Assembly: GCA_046563655.1 (NCBI GenBank)
Contig: CM102285.1
Coordinates: 10,602,001 to 10,666,000, forward strand
DNA length: 64,000 bases
Origin: Yuukianura sp. NJ FZ-2021
Taxonomy: Eukaryota
Reading direction: 5' to 3'
Shown: one piece after another, positions 1-12,500 of the stretch
Layout: every line of letters starts with the position of its first letter
Position numbering within the stretch: the first letter of the stretch is position 1
The notes under the pieces: model-generated
What the model saw: the letters and a program-made list of their open reading frames with translations, nothing else
Told to the model about the DNA's origin: nothing
Database searches by the model: none
Made by a program: the position numbers and the translations under genes

Positions 1-244
1 AAGCAATGTGCTATAGGCAGGCAGGAAGCAGTAACTTAGAGACCAACGTGGAAAACATGTTGAAAACTTAAGTTCGCCTCAAAATAGTTTAGAAATTGCA
101 AGCCTATTTTTAGAAAAGTGAACCCGCCCTCTCACAAGGTTCGCAAATGATCAACCACGAGGGTGGTAATGGTAAAAGCTTAGCTGAATTTTTCCAATGG
201 TGCAACTATGCTAACCCGTGACGCTTTACTGGACGTCAAATGAC

Positions 245-264
245 GTTTGACGTTAACGTCAAAC
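245..264. other. Perfect 20-bp palindrome within a cluster of TGACG/CGTCA (CRE-like) half-sites
   Basis: GTTTGACGTTAACGTCAAAC is its own reverse complement; further TGACG/CGTCA matches lie between ~219 and 246. Confidence 0.6.
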
Positions 265-3200
265 CTATGCTATTTAAGTTTAAATTTAACAGAACCATTA
301 CAGTTTTTGTGGTGATCAGGATCGGTAAAAGCAGTGTAGTCAAAATGTATTTGTGTGCTAATTCATTTTTATTTGATTTTTTGTAATTTAATTAGAGTAG
401 TTAACTTTTGCAAGTCCTCCGCTAATACTCATGTTGTGGGCATCCATTAGCTTTTATTGATCAAAAAACTTTCCTTTGTTCATTTTACTACTCTTAATTT
501 TCAAAATTTGAAATATGGACCTCCACCGTTATACAAAGTACGCAATTTGTTCATACGTAAACTCAATTTGTTGATGTCAAAAACTGTTCTTAAGTGGACT
601 CCACCCTTTTCGTGTCACGACTCAAAAATTCCAGGAAGTTCATGACACAATGACATCCATGACACGAGTCCTGTTCCACAGAATTGGCGTACAACACCTA
701 ACGGGTCTAGCGTCACTGGGCCACGAGTGACTGAGTGAGTGTAGTGGAGGAGGACGGATGACGCTTCCAGGGAAAACTTCTTAGAAAGCATTAGAGCACG
801 CAGATCTTTGAGACAGTTTTTGTATAGCCACATTGTCATTTCCCTGGAAAAAGCTGCCCTTTTTAAACATTAGGGCTAAACTGATTTGCAGAGGAGAAAG
901 TAATGGAATGACGTCTCCCTATTTTCAGTTTTCTCTTTGAAAAAAAAGCACAACGACCATCAACGTGCATGGAATAACGGAACTCTTAGAGTGAGGAGCA
1001 CAAAAGCTCGAACTTTACCATTTTTATTTAAATTCACCACGCAGGAAACTAATTCGAACAGAGTGCTTTCCCTCGCAAACTTTCTATTTATTCCGGTTCT
1101 GTTTGCCTGCAGCTTGACTTGAACAAATAATAGTGACATGGCGAGCTGAGTAGGCCTAATTAGGCCGGAGTACTAATTACGCGGACTCGCGCTTATAGCT
1201 CAGTTATTCCAACGTGTTAGGCTCGCTTTTCCATTCAAACAATTCTGTCGTGCCGAATTATGTACCAAACGTTAGTATCGAAATTCCAACAAAAAGGTAT
1301 CCGTAAAACTAGAATTTGCAATAAGTATGCACAAAATAGGTTATTCAATTACGTGTGTATTTAGGTTAATGATACGTTAAGTCCTCAATGACATGATAAA
1401 ACAAACATCTCCTTACAGTTTCGCATCTAGGCAGAGCTAAATTCACTAAAATGTATCTTCTGACTAATGAAATTCTAGAAATAATTGAAAAGTATGTCAC
1501 GCAAGAATGAAATTTAGAGCAAAAGAAAATTTAAGAAACGCTTCAACTCAAATTTTAAATTGAAAATCGGTGTCATGACTGTATAATGCGCTGAAACTTT
1601 TGAATGAGAAGTACGTGACCCATCGTGTATATAAATTGTGGTTTAAATATTTGAGAAAGTTTTGAGTCTAAGTGACTAACTTGACGGTCACTGACGTTAT
1701 GGCATATGAAGTAGAATAGTGAAAGTCACTTTGGTTTGGTTTCACAAACTAGGGAGAAAGTAAACATTAAAATGAACCTGTGAAATTCAAAATCGTGCGT
1801 AGAATTAGATCGACTAGATTGAAATGTCAATTCAAACTTTTTCCTCGAAATTTGTCGGAAGTTGGGCGTCCCTCTATAGTCTGTGCTTGACAGTAACGAA
1901 TGCATCCCCCGCAAATGCAGTTCATTTTAAACTAGAAATGGCACATTTGGCAAATCTCTCTTCATGTCAAAAGGCAAACAAAGGATCGCGTTTCCCTCAA
2001 AATCCAAATTCTACGACTTCGCTATTGAAAAAATGCCAATCTGTCGGCGCAAACTTTCAAATTACGACTGTTCCCATTATGTGCACCGTTAAAATAGATG
2101 AAATAGCAACCGAACAGACAGAAATCTAACTGTTAGAAAATCCTTAATGCCTCGAGATTCATTTGCAAAGAACGAAAGGCATGACCCAAGTCAATCCTTA
2201 CGACTTTCTGTCAGTGAGGCGTAGAGTTTCCCTCCGATTTCGCCGAATCCAAAGTTCATTTCCTTTGTTTCACGTCTTCCCTTTAAAAGATTGATTTGTA
2301 AGGAAGAAGAAAAGTTGGAGTTGGTACTTTGACTGCGGAGCACGTTCGAGTCAATGGCTTTGGGCCATTCTTGGATCCAAGATGTATGCAGTAACCAATT
2401 CCATTAATTAAATTCCAACAATTCAATTTGAACTTTCCAAACCATTGTTTCCAAAAAGAAGAAGTAGTTTTCAATGCGTTGGCTCCAAATTAATTTGGTT
2501 CGAACGTGTTCGAAACAGTTTGCGGTTTCCTTTTCGAGAAATGGTGTGAAAGTGGAGCCTTTGGTCACTTTCACCTCTGCTTCCCAAGCTATCGTTTTTA
2601 ATCAAGGAAAAACTCAATTGATTACATGAATTATTCAGCCGGTGTTTGTTTTTATTCAATCGAAAGGTGAAAGTCCTACCCTAAGGGAACATGCTGGCCA
2701 ACATGAAAACCTTTGAAGTTAAAAACTAGGTCACCTTTGTTTTAAAATTGTAAGGTGAAAGCTCATTTCATTTCGATGTTGTAAATAAAAGTTCTCTTGT
2801 TTCGTTTTCCAAAAAATTAGGCCACTTTGGTCCGAAATTGACATATTACGGTCTTTGTTGTGCTTTTTCCTTATATCAGTGTCGGTTTTTCTTGTCATTG
2901 ACTCTAACTCGGATGAAGTTCAAAAGCAAGTATCTCTTTCCTTTTGTAATGCGAATCGAAACGAGTTTCAAAGCACTCTACCCAAAGAGGTAGTTGGAGG
3001 AAAGCTTCGTTTCTGCTTTCTCCTGTAATGATTTCATTTAGAATTTGCGGCAAAGACTTCAATGGAATTGTCTTTTGAGAAATACGATCTTATAGCAACT
3101 ACCGTAGTATATTATAAAAAGTGAAAATAGAAACTACTCAAGTGAAACTACTTTTAAAGAAAACTTTTTTTTGCTGTAATAGCATTTGATAGATAAGATG

Positions 3201-4103
3201 AAATGGACCAAGAAGAGACCAAGAGACAACCACGAGGACTTAAGAACTGCAGGAAGCCTCAGGAGATGAATATCTGTTGCTATTATTACTCCATTGGGAC
3301 AATAGATAGGAAAGTGCTCCTACGGTAGTGGATTGTTTGAAGATTAAGGTTTTGAGGCGCAAAGTTCCATTAGGGAAATGGAAAAAAGGAAAAATCTCCG
3401 TTTCGGAAAACTTTTCCTTTTCTTACTTTCACTTTTAGTTAAAATTCTAAAGCTCTCTTGCGTTTTGTCATTAACTTCAGCCTTGAATAGAGTCAGTCAC
3501 ACACTTTGATTCCCAGGTCCATTACTACAAAGCAATGTCCTCTTGCTATTCGTTACTTGCTACATTCGGACTACTGATGAAGGTTGGGTTTTCTGACACT
3601 TGAATAAGAGTAGCATCATTTTGAGTTTTCTCGTTTCAGTGTTGCGAAAGCGCTCAAAGAAAAGCGACAAGAAGTAGACAGGAAATTGATTCGTAGGCTG
3701 GATTCGTACGCAACACTTCCCACCAATGCCATTTTCTCCTTGCAATTCAAATGGGATTGACAACCAGGTGGAAGTAACTCAATCGGAGACACAGTTTGAA
3801 TTTTGCCTTTTGCATTTTGCATGAACTAAAAAGAAAACACAGCGGTGGTGTTGAAAGAGGTAAATACGCGTAGTGTTTTAAAAAATCGAGTAGTGAAAAT
3901 AAACGAAGGCGTACACTGTTACGAACGTGTTAGCCAACTGTCGGAAATTCGATTCATTGCTTTTCTCACTCTGATGTTTTGTTTTCCTTTCTCTATGTAC
4001 TTGCAATACAAATTGCTGAAGCAAGGTGTATTTATTTTCACATGAGCAGAATTCACCTCAGAATTTCTTTTATTCTACGTTTTTCAGTATTAAAACGGTA
4101 TTT

Positions 4104-5168
4104 GGTGAAAGCTTGGAAACTACACGTTTAAATGTTGCGGAGTTTCACAAAATTTTATGACTTTAGTGTAAATAGAACAAAGAATTATAAAATATTTATT
4201 CTGAACTAATTAAGGCCACGCCAGAATAGCTTTTCGTAAGAAAAGTTTGTATTTTACGAGAAAATTTTACATTTTACTCTGAACCGTCAAGATCCCTAAC
4301 TTTCTTCCTCAACCTTCAAGTGAAAAGTAGTGCCAAGTTTTTAATATTAGGTGACAGGAGAGTGATTACACTAGAAACAGAATTCTTAAATGAGACAGAG
4401 CCTTATTCTTTGTGTTTAAGTTCCCTAATAGGACCAACAGGAGCCAACCTTAATAATTCCAGTGTGAGAACCAAGAGCTTAATTGCAGGTGAGCATGGCA
4501 TGTACTTGGAACATACAAATTGGAGGGAACGAAACAGTTATAATTTCCACGGAGAAACTGTAATTTTAATGATCAATACTATTGATTCACTTTTTCCTTG
4601 CTTGATATCCTCTTATTTTCTAATACCATTGTGTCCCCGGTGAAAGCTTGGATACTACACCTTTTAAATGGTGCCGAATTTCACAAAATTTTATGACTTT
4701 AGTGTAAATAGAACAAAGAATTATAAAATATTTATTCTGAACTAATTAAGGTCACACCGGAATAGCTTTTCCTAAGGAAAGTTTGTATTTTACGAGAAAA
4801 TTTTACATTTCACTCTGAACCGTCAAGATCCCTAAAACTTTCTCCCTCAACCTTCAAGTGAAAAGTAGTGCCAAGTTCTTAATATTAGGTGACGGGAGAG
4901 TGATTACAATAGAAACAGAATTCTTAAATGAGACAGAGCCTTATTCCCTGTGTTTAAGTTCACTAATAAGACCAACAGGAGCCAACCTTAATAATTCCAG
5001 TGTGAGAACCAAGAGCTTAATTGCAGGTGAGCATGGCATGTAGTTGGAACATACAAATTGGAGGGAACGAAACAGTTATAATTTCCACGGAGAAACTGTA
5101 ATTTTAATGATCAATACTATTGATTCAAGTTTTTCTTGCTTGATATCCTCTTATTTTCTAATACCATT
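4104..5168. repeat. Tandem duplication of a ~530-bp non-coding segment (copies ~4104-4630 and ~4639-5168)
   Basis: Both copies start GGTGAAAGCTTGGA and end TAATACCATT, with near-identical sequence between. The ORF track shows the same peptide twice (4320 and 4858/5044), the second interrupted by TAG at 5041. Confidence 0.95.
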
Positions 5169-6590
5169 ATACACACCTTCCAAGAAAACTTTTTCATTCA
5201 AAAGTGAAAGTGAAATGGAAAGTAAACAGAGCGTATTTTGATTTTATCAAAGTAAACTTAAAACGTAGAGGTTCTTGTGAATACTCAAACTCCTGCCATT
5301 TTATACGGAAGTGAAAGCAGTGGAAAGTGTTTAAAGTGACCACATGACAAGCCTCAAGAGAAACAGCGTCACACGCATTTGTCGTTCTGAGAAACTTAGG
5401 ATAGCTATAAATTTCAGCCATATTTAGCACGCGTGACCAAAACTTAAGGTGACTCAAATTCTTCAGAGACCAAATGAATACTAGGAAAAGAGCAAGAGGA
5501 AGGAACGACATAATTTAATTACAGTGTAGTGAAGACATTTACCTTTGGAATTTCACTTTCACTTTCCACTTGATTTATTCTGGCTTTTCTAAGATCCACT
5601 TCTGAGAACCCACAGCAATTCATAAAATTTATTTTACTTTGAAGCAATTTGCAAGATGTTGCTGCTGGCATTACTGCATTCTTAACAAAATTCGAAGAAG
5701 CGAAAGCAGAGTACGTAAAACAAAAATGTACTTTGACTTTAGCAGTGGAACCGAAATTTACTCGGCACATGAAACCTGTTTAGGACAAACCTCTGTTTTT
5801 TTTTCTGAAAAACAAACTTTCTCCTCCAGGCCCACACGGTTTCTGCTCCTGAAATGGGAATAGTGAAAGCAATGCTTTTCGAGGAAAGACAAATCTCAGT
5901 TTGTCCCAGACCATTGAAGCATATACACACAAAGCCTATGGTCATCCTAAATGGAGAAATAAATAACTCCGAGACTGATGGAGGGCTTTAGTTGGTTTGG
6001 TTTTGCCTAGAAAAGACTCCCATGCCGATTCCTATTAGAGTGAAAGTCCACAGAGAGATTGGTTCCAAATGAAAATCCGGAAAGCTTAGAATTATGGATG
6101 GAAGCCACGCAACTTTAGCCTTTGGATCAGTCAGTGTAACCCAAGTCACTAGTGTGCAGTGGGGTTTCGAAATTAAAAAAAAAACACATTTCGAAAAATT
6201 TCCATTGGAATTTCTAAATTTTTAGGCTTCTAAATTCTCGTCAATGTCAGACCACGAGAGCACTCTTGGGCTTTTTAGATAATCGCTGCGCCTATATTAA
6301 ACTTTCGAACGCCTCAAGCTGCTACTGAAGCTTGAATAGAAAATTATTCTAAAAATTTGGAATTCGGGAACTGTTTTTAATTTAGTATGCAGACGAAGTC
6401 ATAAATTGTTGCGGAGTTTGATACTGTATAAAAACCAGAATTTTCAGCAATTCAAATATCGAGTTTTATGTTAAAGTTACTGAGAATTTAGGGTTTGGCT
6501 TTTGAAATATTTAAGGAGTTAAGCTAGCTTAACTGTATAACCCTAAAATTGTAGCGTGAAATGATTGACCTCTGACCTTTGTTTTTTTAG

Positions 6591-9500
6591 ATTTCTAATG
6601 GTTTTTACATGTTTCGGACTCAGCGTTTTTGCTACAATTGACACATATGCAGATGAGGCCAACGTGGCTCTTTTCTACATGGAAACTGTCGTTGTGATTG
6701 CCTTTGCCTGTGAATTTGTTATGAGATTGTGGGGTGCTGGGTGTCGATCACGATACCAAGGTGCTATTGGACGATTTCGATTCGCCCGGAGGCCTTTTTG
6801 TATTATCGGTAAGTTCTTTTTAGTAGTATCACAATAACAGTTACAGCATTTCTTAAATGTGGTAATGACTTGGTCAAATCCGCAACAATAACAACACTTC
6901 AACGTTCTTCGCTTTCGTTCAGAAGCGAAAGATTTCAATTTAACTTTCACCATGTCTGCTTTTATGGTCCAGATATCATCACAATCGTTGCCTCTTTGAT
7001 TGTTCTTGGAGAGGGATCAAGTGGCCGCGTTTTCGCAGCTTCGGCTCTGCGTGGTCTTCGGATCTTCCAGATCCTTCGGATGGTTCGTGTTGACCGTCGT
7101 GGCGGAACATGGAAACTCCTTGGATCCGTCGTGTGGGCTCATCGACAAGAACTCATTACGACTCTATACATTGGATTCCTTGGACTCATTCTGTCCTCAT
7201 TCCTTATTTTTCTCGTGGAAAAGGACGTTCCGAAAACCAAGTTCACCAATTATGCGGAAGCCTTGTGGTGGGGAGTGGTGAGTTTTCTATTGTTTTCTTC
7301 CATCATTTACTAATAGAAACCCCACTAAGGCTCAAATCCTCTCCATAGCCCTCATCACTTTCTCCGCAGAATCTCATCAGTGTCCTACTTTTTTGTAGGT
7401 TTTGTGATTTTTTTTGTGGTTGAAATGGTAAAAGGGGCTCATAAAAACCAGCAGAGAGATGTTGCTAAGTAACATCAGGGAAATGATGATGCCTTTTTGG
7501 GGGCTTATTATATTTTTCCTCTTCAGTGCACACTGCACTGCTGCTCCTTATTGACTTCATGGTGGCTTTCTTTCTCTGCTTTTTATTACCAGTTGCAAAT
7601 CTACCCACAAATCTAAATCTTCCGGCTTCGCTCCGCTTATTTCCTCTTTCGAGTCTCTGTGTTGGCAAATAACGTCAATCCATATGAACTACTCATATCA
7701 ACAATAGATTACCACAACCAGGCGTTGCTTATTACGTTCTTTACACGATTTGAACGATTCTATTAGGTCAACTTCAAAAACTACGTGGTAGTTGCATAAC
7801 AAAATTCGTTATCACAAGCACAATTTAATTGCTGAACGCTGCGTAATAATGGGCCAACAACAAAATCCGATCTAAATCTAAGCAATTTTTGACGCAGATT
7901 CTTTTTTCCAACAGAGAGTTTTAATTGGTTTAACGAAAAATTAAAATTGCCATCTTAGATATTTAAATTTAGAGTTAAGTGGGAGTGGAAAGGAAAGCAT
8001 CGCTAACAGAATAAGTGTCGAGTGTCTGCCTTGTTTATTCCTTCAATCCAATTAAAATGGTAAACTTTAGTAGCCGAGTCTCTAAACCAATTTGAAACTA
8101 TTTTTCCATTTTAGGAATGGAATAACTCAACTTTAATTTACTTTGTTTAACTAAAAAAAACTTCTTCTTTTTTGAAAATACGTGACAGTGAAATGTTTGC
8201 CAATGCTTCCAATTTTCTATGATGGGTCGTCTCCCGTTGTACAGTAAGCTAGGTAAACTCAAGGGACACAATTTTTTTAGAAGTTCTGAACTTTTTTAGT
8301 AGTGAAAGTGTACGGTAGTACGGTGTAGGACTATTGAATTTTCTTCGTTTCCATATACACAAGCATGTTATGTACTATAACTCTATTAAGGAAGTTCCAT
8401 AAGTTCGTATTGCTGTTCCAATTGCGGAGTCTCGTCAGGTCCAAAACATTTCCAGCCATTTCCTTCTCGTATATATTTCCCATCCATCGTCCACAGTGAA
8501 ACGGAAATGGTGAATTTATTTACCAAGCAGAGAAAAAAAGTGTCAAGTCCACCTTCTAACTGCTGTGGACTGGGGAAAGTAAACTCAAAACGACCCACAA
8601 AAATATTGGATTTCTTCAATTTTTCCATAATATCAAATGTAGGTGGGCAGGATCTCTTTACGGAGAAAGTATTTGACAACTTTCTCTGCACCTAACCATC
8701 ACTAAACACTCGTTTTTTTAAGAAACCCAGACTTAGAGACTTTTGGAAACCGAAGAAACAGTTTAATCCGAAGCAAATCTGACTGCCAAAGAAAAACGAG
8801 GACCAAAGTGTCATGATTGATGAAACTGAAATTGATTCTAACACCAAAAAGTGCCAAACTCGTTTCTCCGAAAATCTCTCTCCCTTTCCATATCATTCAA
8901 TCTTTCAAGACTTTTGCTTTTAAGAGATCAAACGGAACCTGGCAAGTAAAAAGGCGTTTCGCTTATCACCAGCATGAAGTTTCTTCAGAATCGAAGCCAA
9001 GTTTAAACCGGCAGGAGGAAAACCATGTTCTTGCAGCTCGAGTATTTTGACAATTCCATTTCAGTGGAAAGTAGAAAATTTAAGATGGATTTTCTGGTTC
9101 TCCTATTTGTTTTGTACGCTACTTGAACCTTAAAATTGGCTTTCATGTTTAGAATTCCAGCTCATCGTAAATCAGGAGACTAACAATAGGTTATGCACGG
9201 AGTGTTGTAAAGTTATTTTGCTAACATCGGCACATGTACAAATCTGATTTGGCAAGACTTCTTACACGACAACCACTGGGAGTCGTAATTCAAAACAAGG
9301 ATATTAATGTTCAGCTATTGGCAGCCCATTTTTTGAACTGTTGGAACTATCTTATTCTCTCCAAATACGTTTCTGGTTAAGTTGATTCTGGCGAGAGACT
9401 GCATTGCAGCAATATTTTTAGTTTCTAGAACGTGTTCGTCAGAAACCTAAAGGTTATGCAGCCTAGCCTATTGTATTTATAGGCAGTTCCGGGTAAAATG

Positions 9501-12500
9501 AGAACCTGCGAGTGTTTGCTCTCTCCTTATTTTTACCTTCGTTTTATGATTCATTGCACGTCTGTGTCTAATTTGTTTGTTTAGGTTCACGATTTGCTGT
9601 TTATTCGGGAGCTTCGTAATTTCTTTGTTTTTGTGTTATTTCAGCAACATCGTCTTTTTCCAGAAAGTTTCAGAAGAAACGAAATAAAGATTTTCTGAAA
9701 AACAGAAATGGATTGTTTCGTGCTCGTTTCTAAGAAATTTCCACTGTTTTCTTTTATAAATAAATTGAAGTGGACAGAAAGCAGAAGGGAAAGTGAACTT
9801 ATGAACTTCTAACTTTGGATTTGGTTGATCTCCTTTCCAGATTACTTTGTGTACAGTTGGATATGGGGATCTCGTTCCAGCAACTTGGATGGGAAAACTT
9901 ATTGCCTCCTTTTGTTCTCTCATGGGAATTTCTTTCTTCGCACTTCCAGCCGTAAGTTGTAATAACATTAACTTTGGTGCTTCTATTTTCAAAATTTTAT
10001 TTTACTTCTTTCCAATATTACTGCGGAAATTTATAACTGTATAACTTAGACTTCCAAGAATTCCAAACACCTCAAAATTTTGAAACTAACCAAAAAGAAC
10101 CCAAAATTCGAACTTACCATTCAAACCATTGCTCAGATTTGAACCATAAAATTACAATTTATGATACAAGTTACAAACAAATTCGATTTTGAAAATACGT
10201 GGTGGTCTCGATTTATTCCAGAATTTAGAAGAAACTGTGTGAAATAAACAAAATGAAGTTCTCAGTAATGTGATTTGGGTAGAGATTTGTATTGAAATTG
10301 CTCCAAAGTAAAAATGGTCATAACCATATTTCAAAAAACTAAGCGTTTACAATAATTGGTTGGAAAGTCAGGGCAAAATGTTGGCAGAACATAAGCCTTC
10401 TTGGCACAACTAAAATAAAATGAGGCGTGTTTTTCATTCTTGGTGCTTTCACCTAAAGTGAAAAGTGAGAAGGCTATGAAAATGGGGAGCTAGAGGGTAA
10501 AGTAGGTTTCATAAACACCATTATGTCCCATCATTAGAAACCATAACAATAGATCACATTACCCTATGCGCCTCCGTTGTATTTGGCCGGAAGTCACGAA
10601 AAAGAAAGCAGGAGAAAGCACTCTCAAAAATCATACCAAATCCGGTTTGGTAAAAAATTGAGGAACATGTAAAATAAAAGAATGTACCTTAAAATCAAAA
10701 AAAAATCACTTAACTTTTTTTTAACTAGGGCATTCTTGGATCCGGATTTGCTCTAAAAGTTCAACAGCAACAACGACAGAAACATATGATTCGAAGGCGA
10801 CAACCAGCAGCGACGCTCATTCAATGCCTCTGGCGCTGCTATGCCGCTGATGAACATTCTTGCTCAGTAGCCACTTGGAAAGTTCACTGTACACGACTAC
10901 CCTCTCCCCCAATGTAAGTTTTCAGAAATTTTTTCCAAAAAGAAAGTCCAAAATTCGAAAATGTCCTGAAACGAAGTACTCAAAAACACTAAAAATCGAA
11001 GTACTTTACACCCTCGTCCAAGCTTTATAAACAAAAGTCAATGGTCAGGAATCACTTTCTCCAAAATTGAAGTGCCACGGAGAGAGAAAACAGAAGAATG
11101 CACTTATTTTTCCCATTAAACTGCTTTCCAGTACATCAGAGTCTCTTAAATCTACTTCCATTTCAAGATGAACTCTGGCTCTTAAACTTAGATTTTATAG
11201 GCGGAAGTGCATTTTTAGTTTTACAACTTCTCTCAACCATCTTCTAATATTTAGTAAAACTTCCAGTTTGAAGCTTGTCTGGTTCTGTTCACACCATCAA
11301 AGAGAAAGTTGAAAATGTTAGGATGTAGGAACTTGAAGGACGGCATCCACCGTTGCACAAGAACAACTCAACCTACAATTTTTAATTAAAATGCAGCATC
11401 CTTGTCCTAATAATTTCAAATTCCGTTTAGGACTCAAAGAAAGCGGGAATGAGAAAGGTTTAAAAAAAAACAGGCCACAGGAGCCCACTGACACTAATCC
11501 CCTCAAGTACATTTTCCAAAATAAAACAAAGGGAGAAAGTTTGTCCAGAGTTCAAGTGAAGTTGAAAGGGAGTTCAAGAGGCATGAAATTGTTTTTCTCT
11601 CAGTTTTTGTTTCCTTTTTAATTGAAATTATATAAAACTTCCGCCTTTCAAACTAAACGACCACAAAAAGTTTGTCTTCCTTTCACCAGTTTTTGGTCTT
11701 TTCTTCCGTTTTGTCTTGGCACGTGGAATTTATAAAATTAGTGTCAAGTACAACAGGAAAAACTGTTTGATACGACTGATTGAGTAGTTAAGGGAGTAGA
11801 ACTTTCTCCGCCCTACATTAAAAATTTATGTTAAGAAATCTCTTGAACAAACAGAAGGAAGTTGGAGAAACCAAACATGATGAAAGTATTTTAAATTGAA
11901 GCTTGCGTGTTGTTTGACATTTACAAGGAAAAGAAAAAAATAGAATTGAAAATGGGAATTGTTTTCACATTTTGTTTCGAAAAAGTCCCCAAATGTGAAG
12001 GTTATGTAGCGTGACATTTACAATTTTATGGCCAAAGTTAGTCTCGAGTAAGATACGGATATCCAAAACTTCGTGAAACTTCGAGAGAAAACGGACTCAC
12101 TATTTCAAGCAATAGAGTACACACAATTACGTGTACCGATAAGAACACTGACTTGGTTTAGTTTGAAGTTTCGACAGCACTTCTGACCGCTGGACTTTTC
12201 ATGGAAGATTTGAAGTGTAGTGAAAATCATTGACGTGAACTTAACAAAAGAAATTCCTTTTGGCTTTCTCTCAAGACTTTCTTCTGATCCTTTTGTTATG
12301 ATCTTCCTCATTCTCTTCGTTCTTGGTTGGAAGGCACGGTCAATTGGGAAATTATCTCAGCGTGTCTTCTGTGTTTTTTTTTCTATTTTCTTCCATTCTA
12401 AGCTCACACAGAGGTTTTTTAACATGAAGTTTGACAACCGCAATTCAATTTCTTGTTTCAATTAAACGACTTTCGCCTTTTTCTGAGCTTGAACGGATTC

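Noticed and set aside
4320..5241. Duplicated ORFs (107, 61 and 65 aa) suggesting a gene and pseudogene pair
   Set aside because: They start at GTG/TTG, have no recognisable motif or splice structure, and only reflect the tandem duplication.
1..6590. Search for the KCNQ N-terminal exon
   Set aside because: No exon with the expected YNFLERP-like motif was found; the region is treated as intronic and the gene as 5'-partial.
7146..7182. KCNQ S5 has Leu ([11 protein letters not shown]) at the retigabine-sensing Trp position
   Set aside because: Same state as KCNQ1, and a non-Trp residue is known in invertebrate KCNQ; not novel.
8386..8691. 101-aa antisense ORF within a KCNQ intron
   Set aside because: Non-ATG start, no motif and no supporting exon structure.
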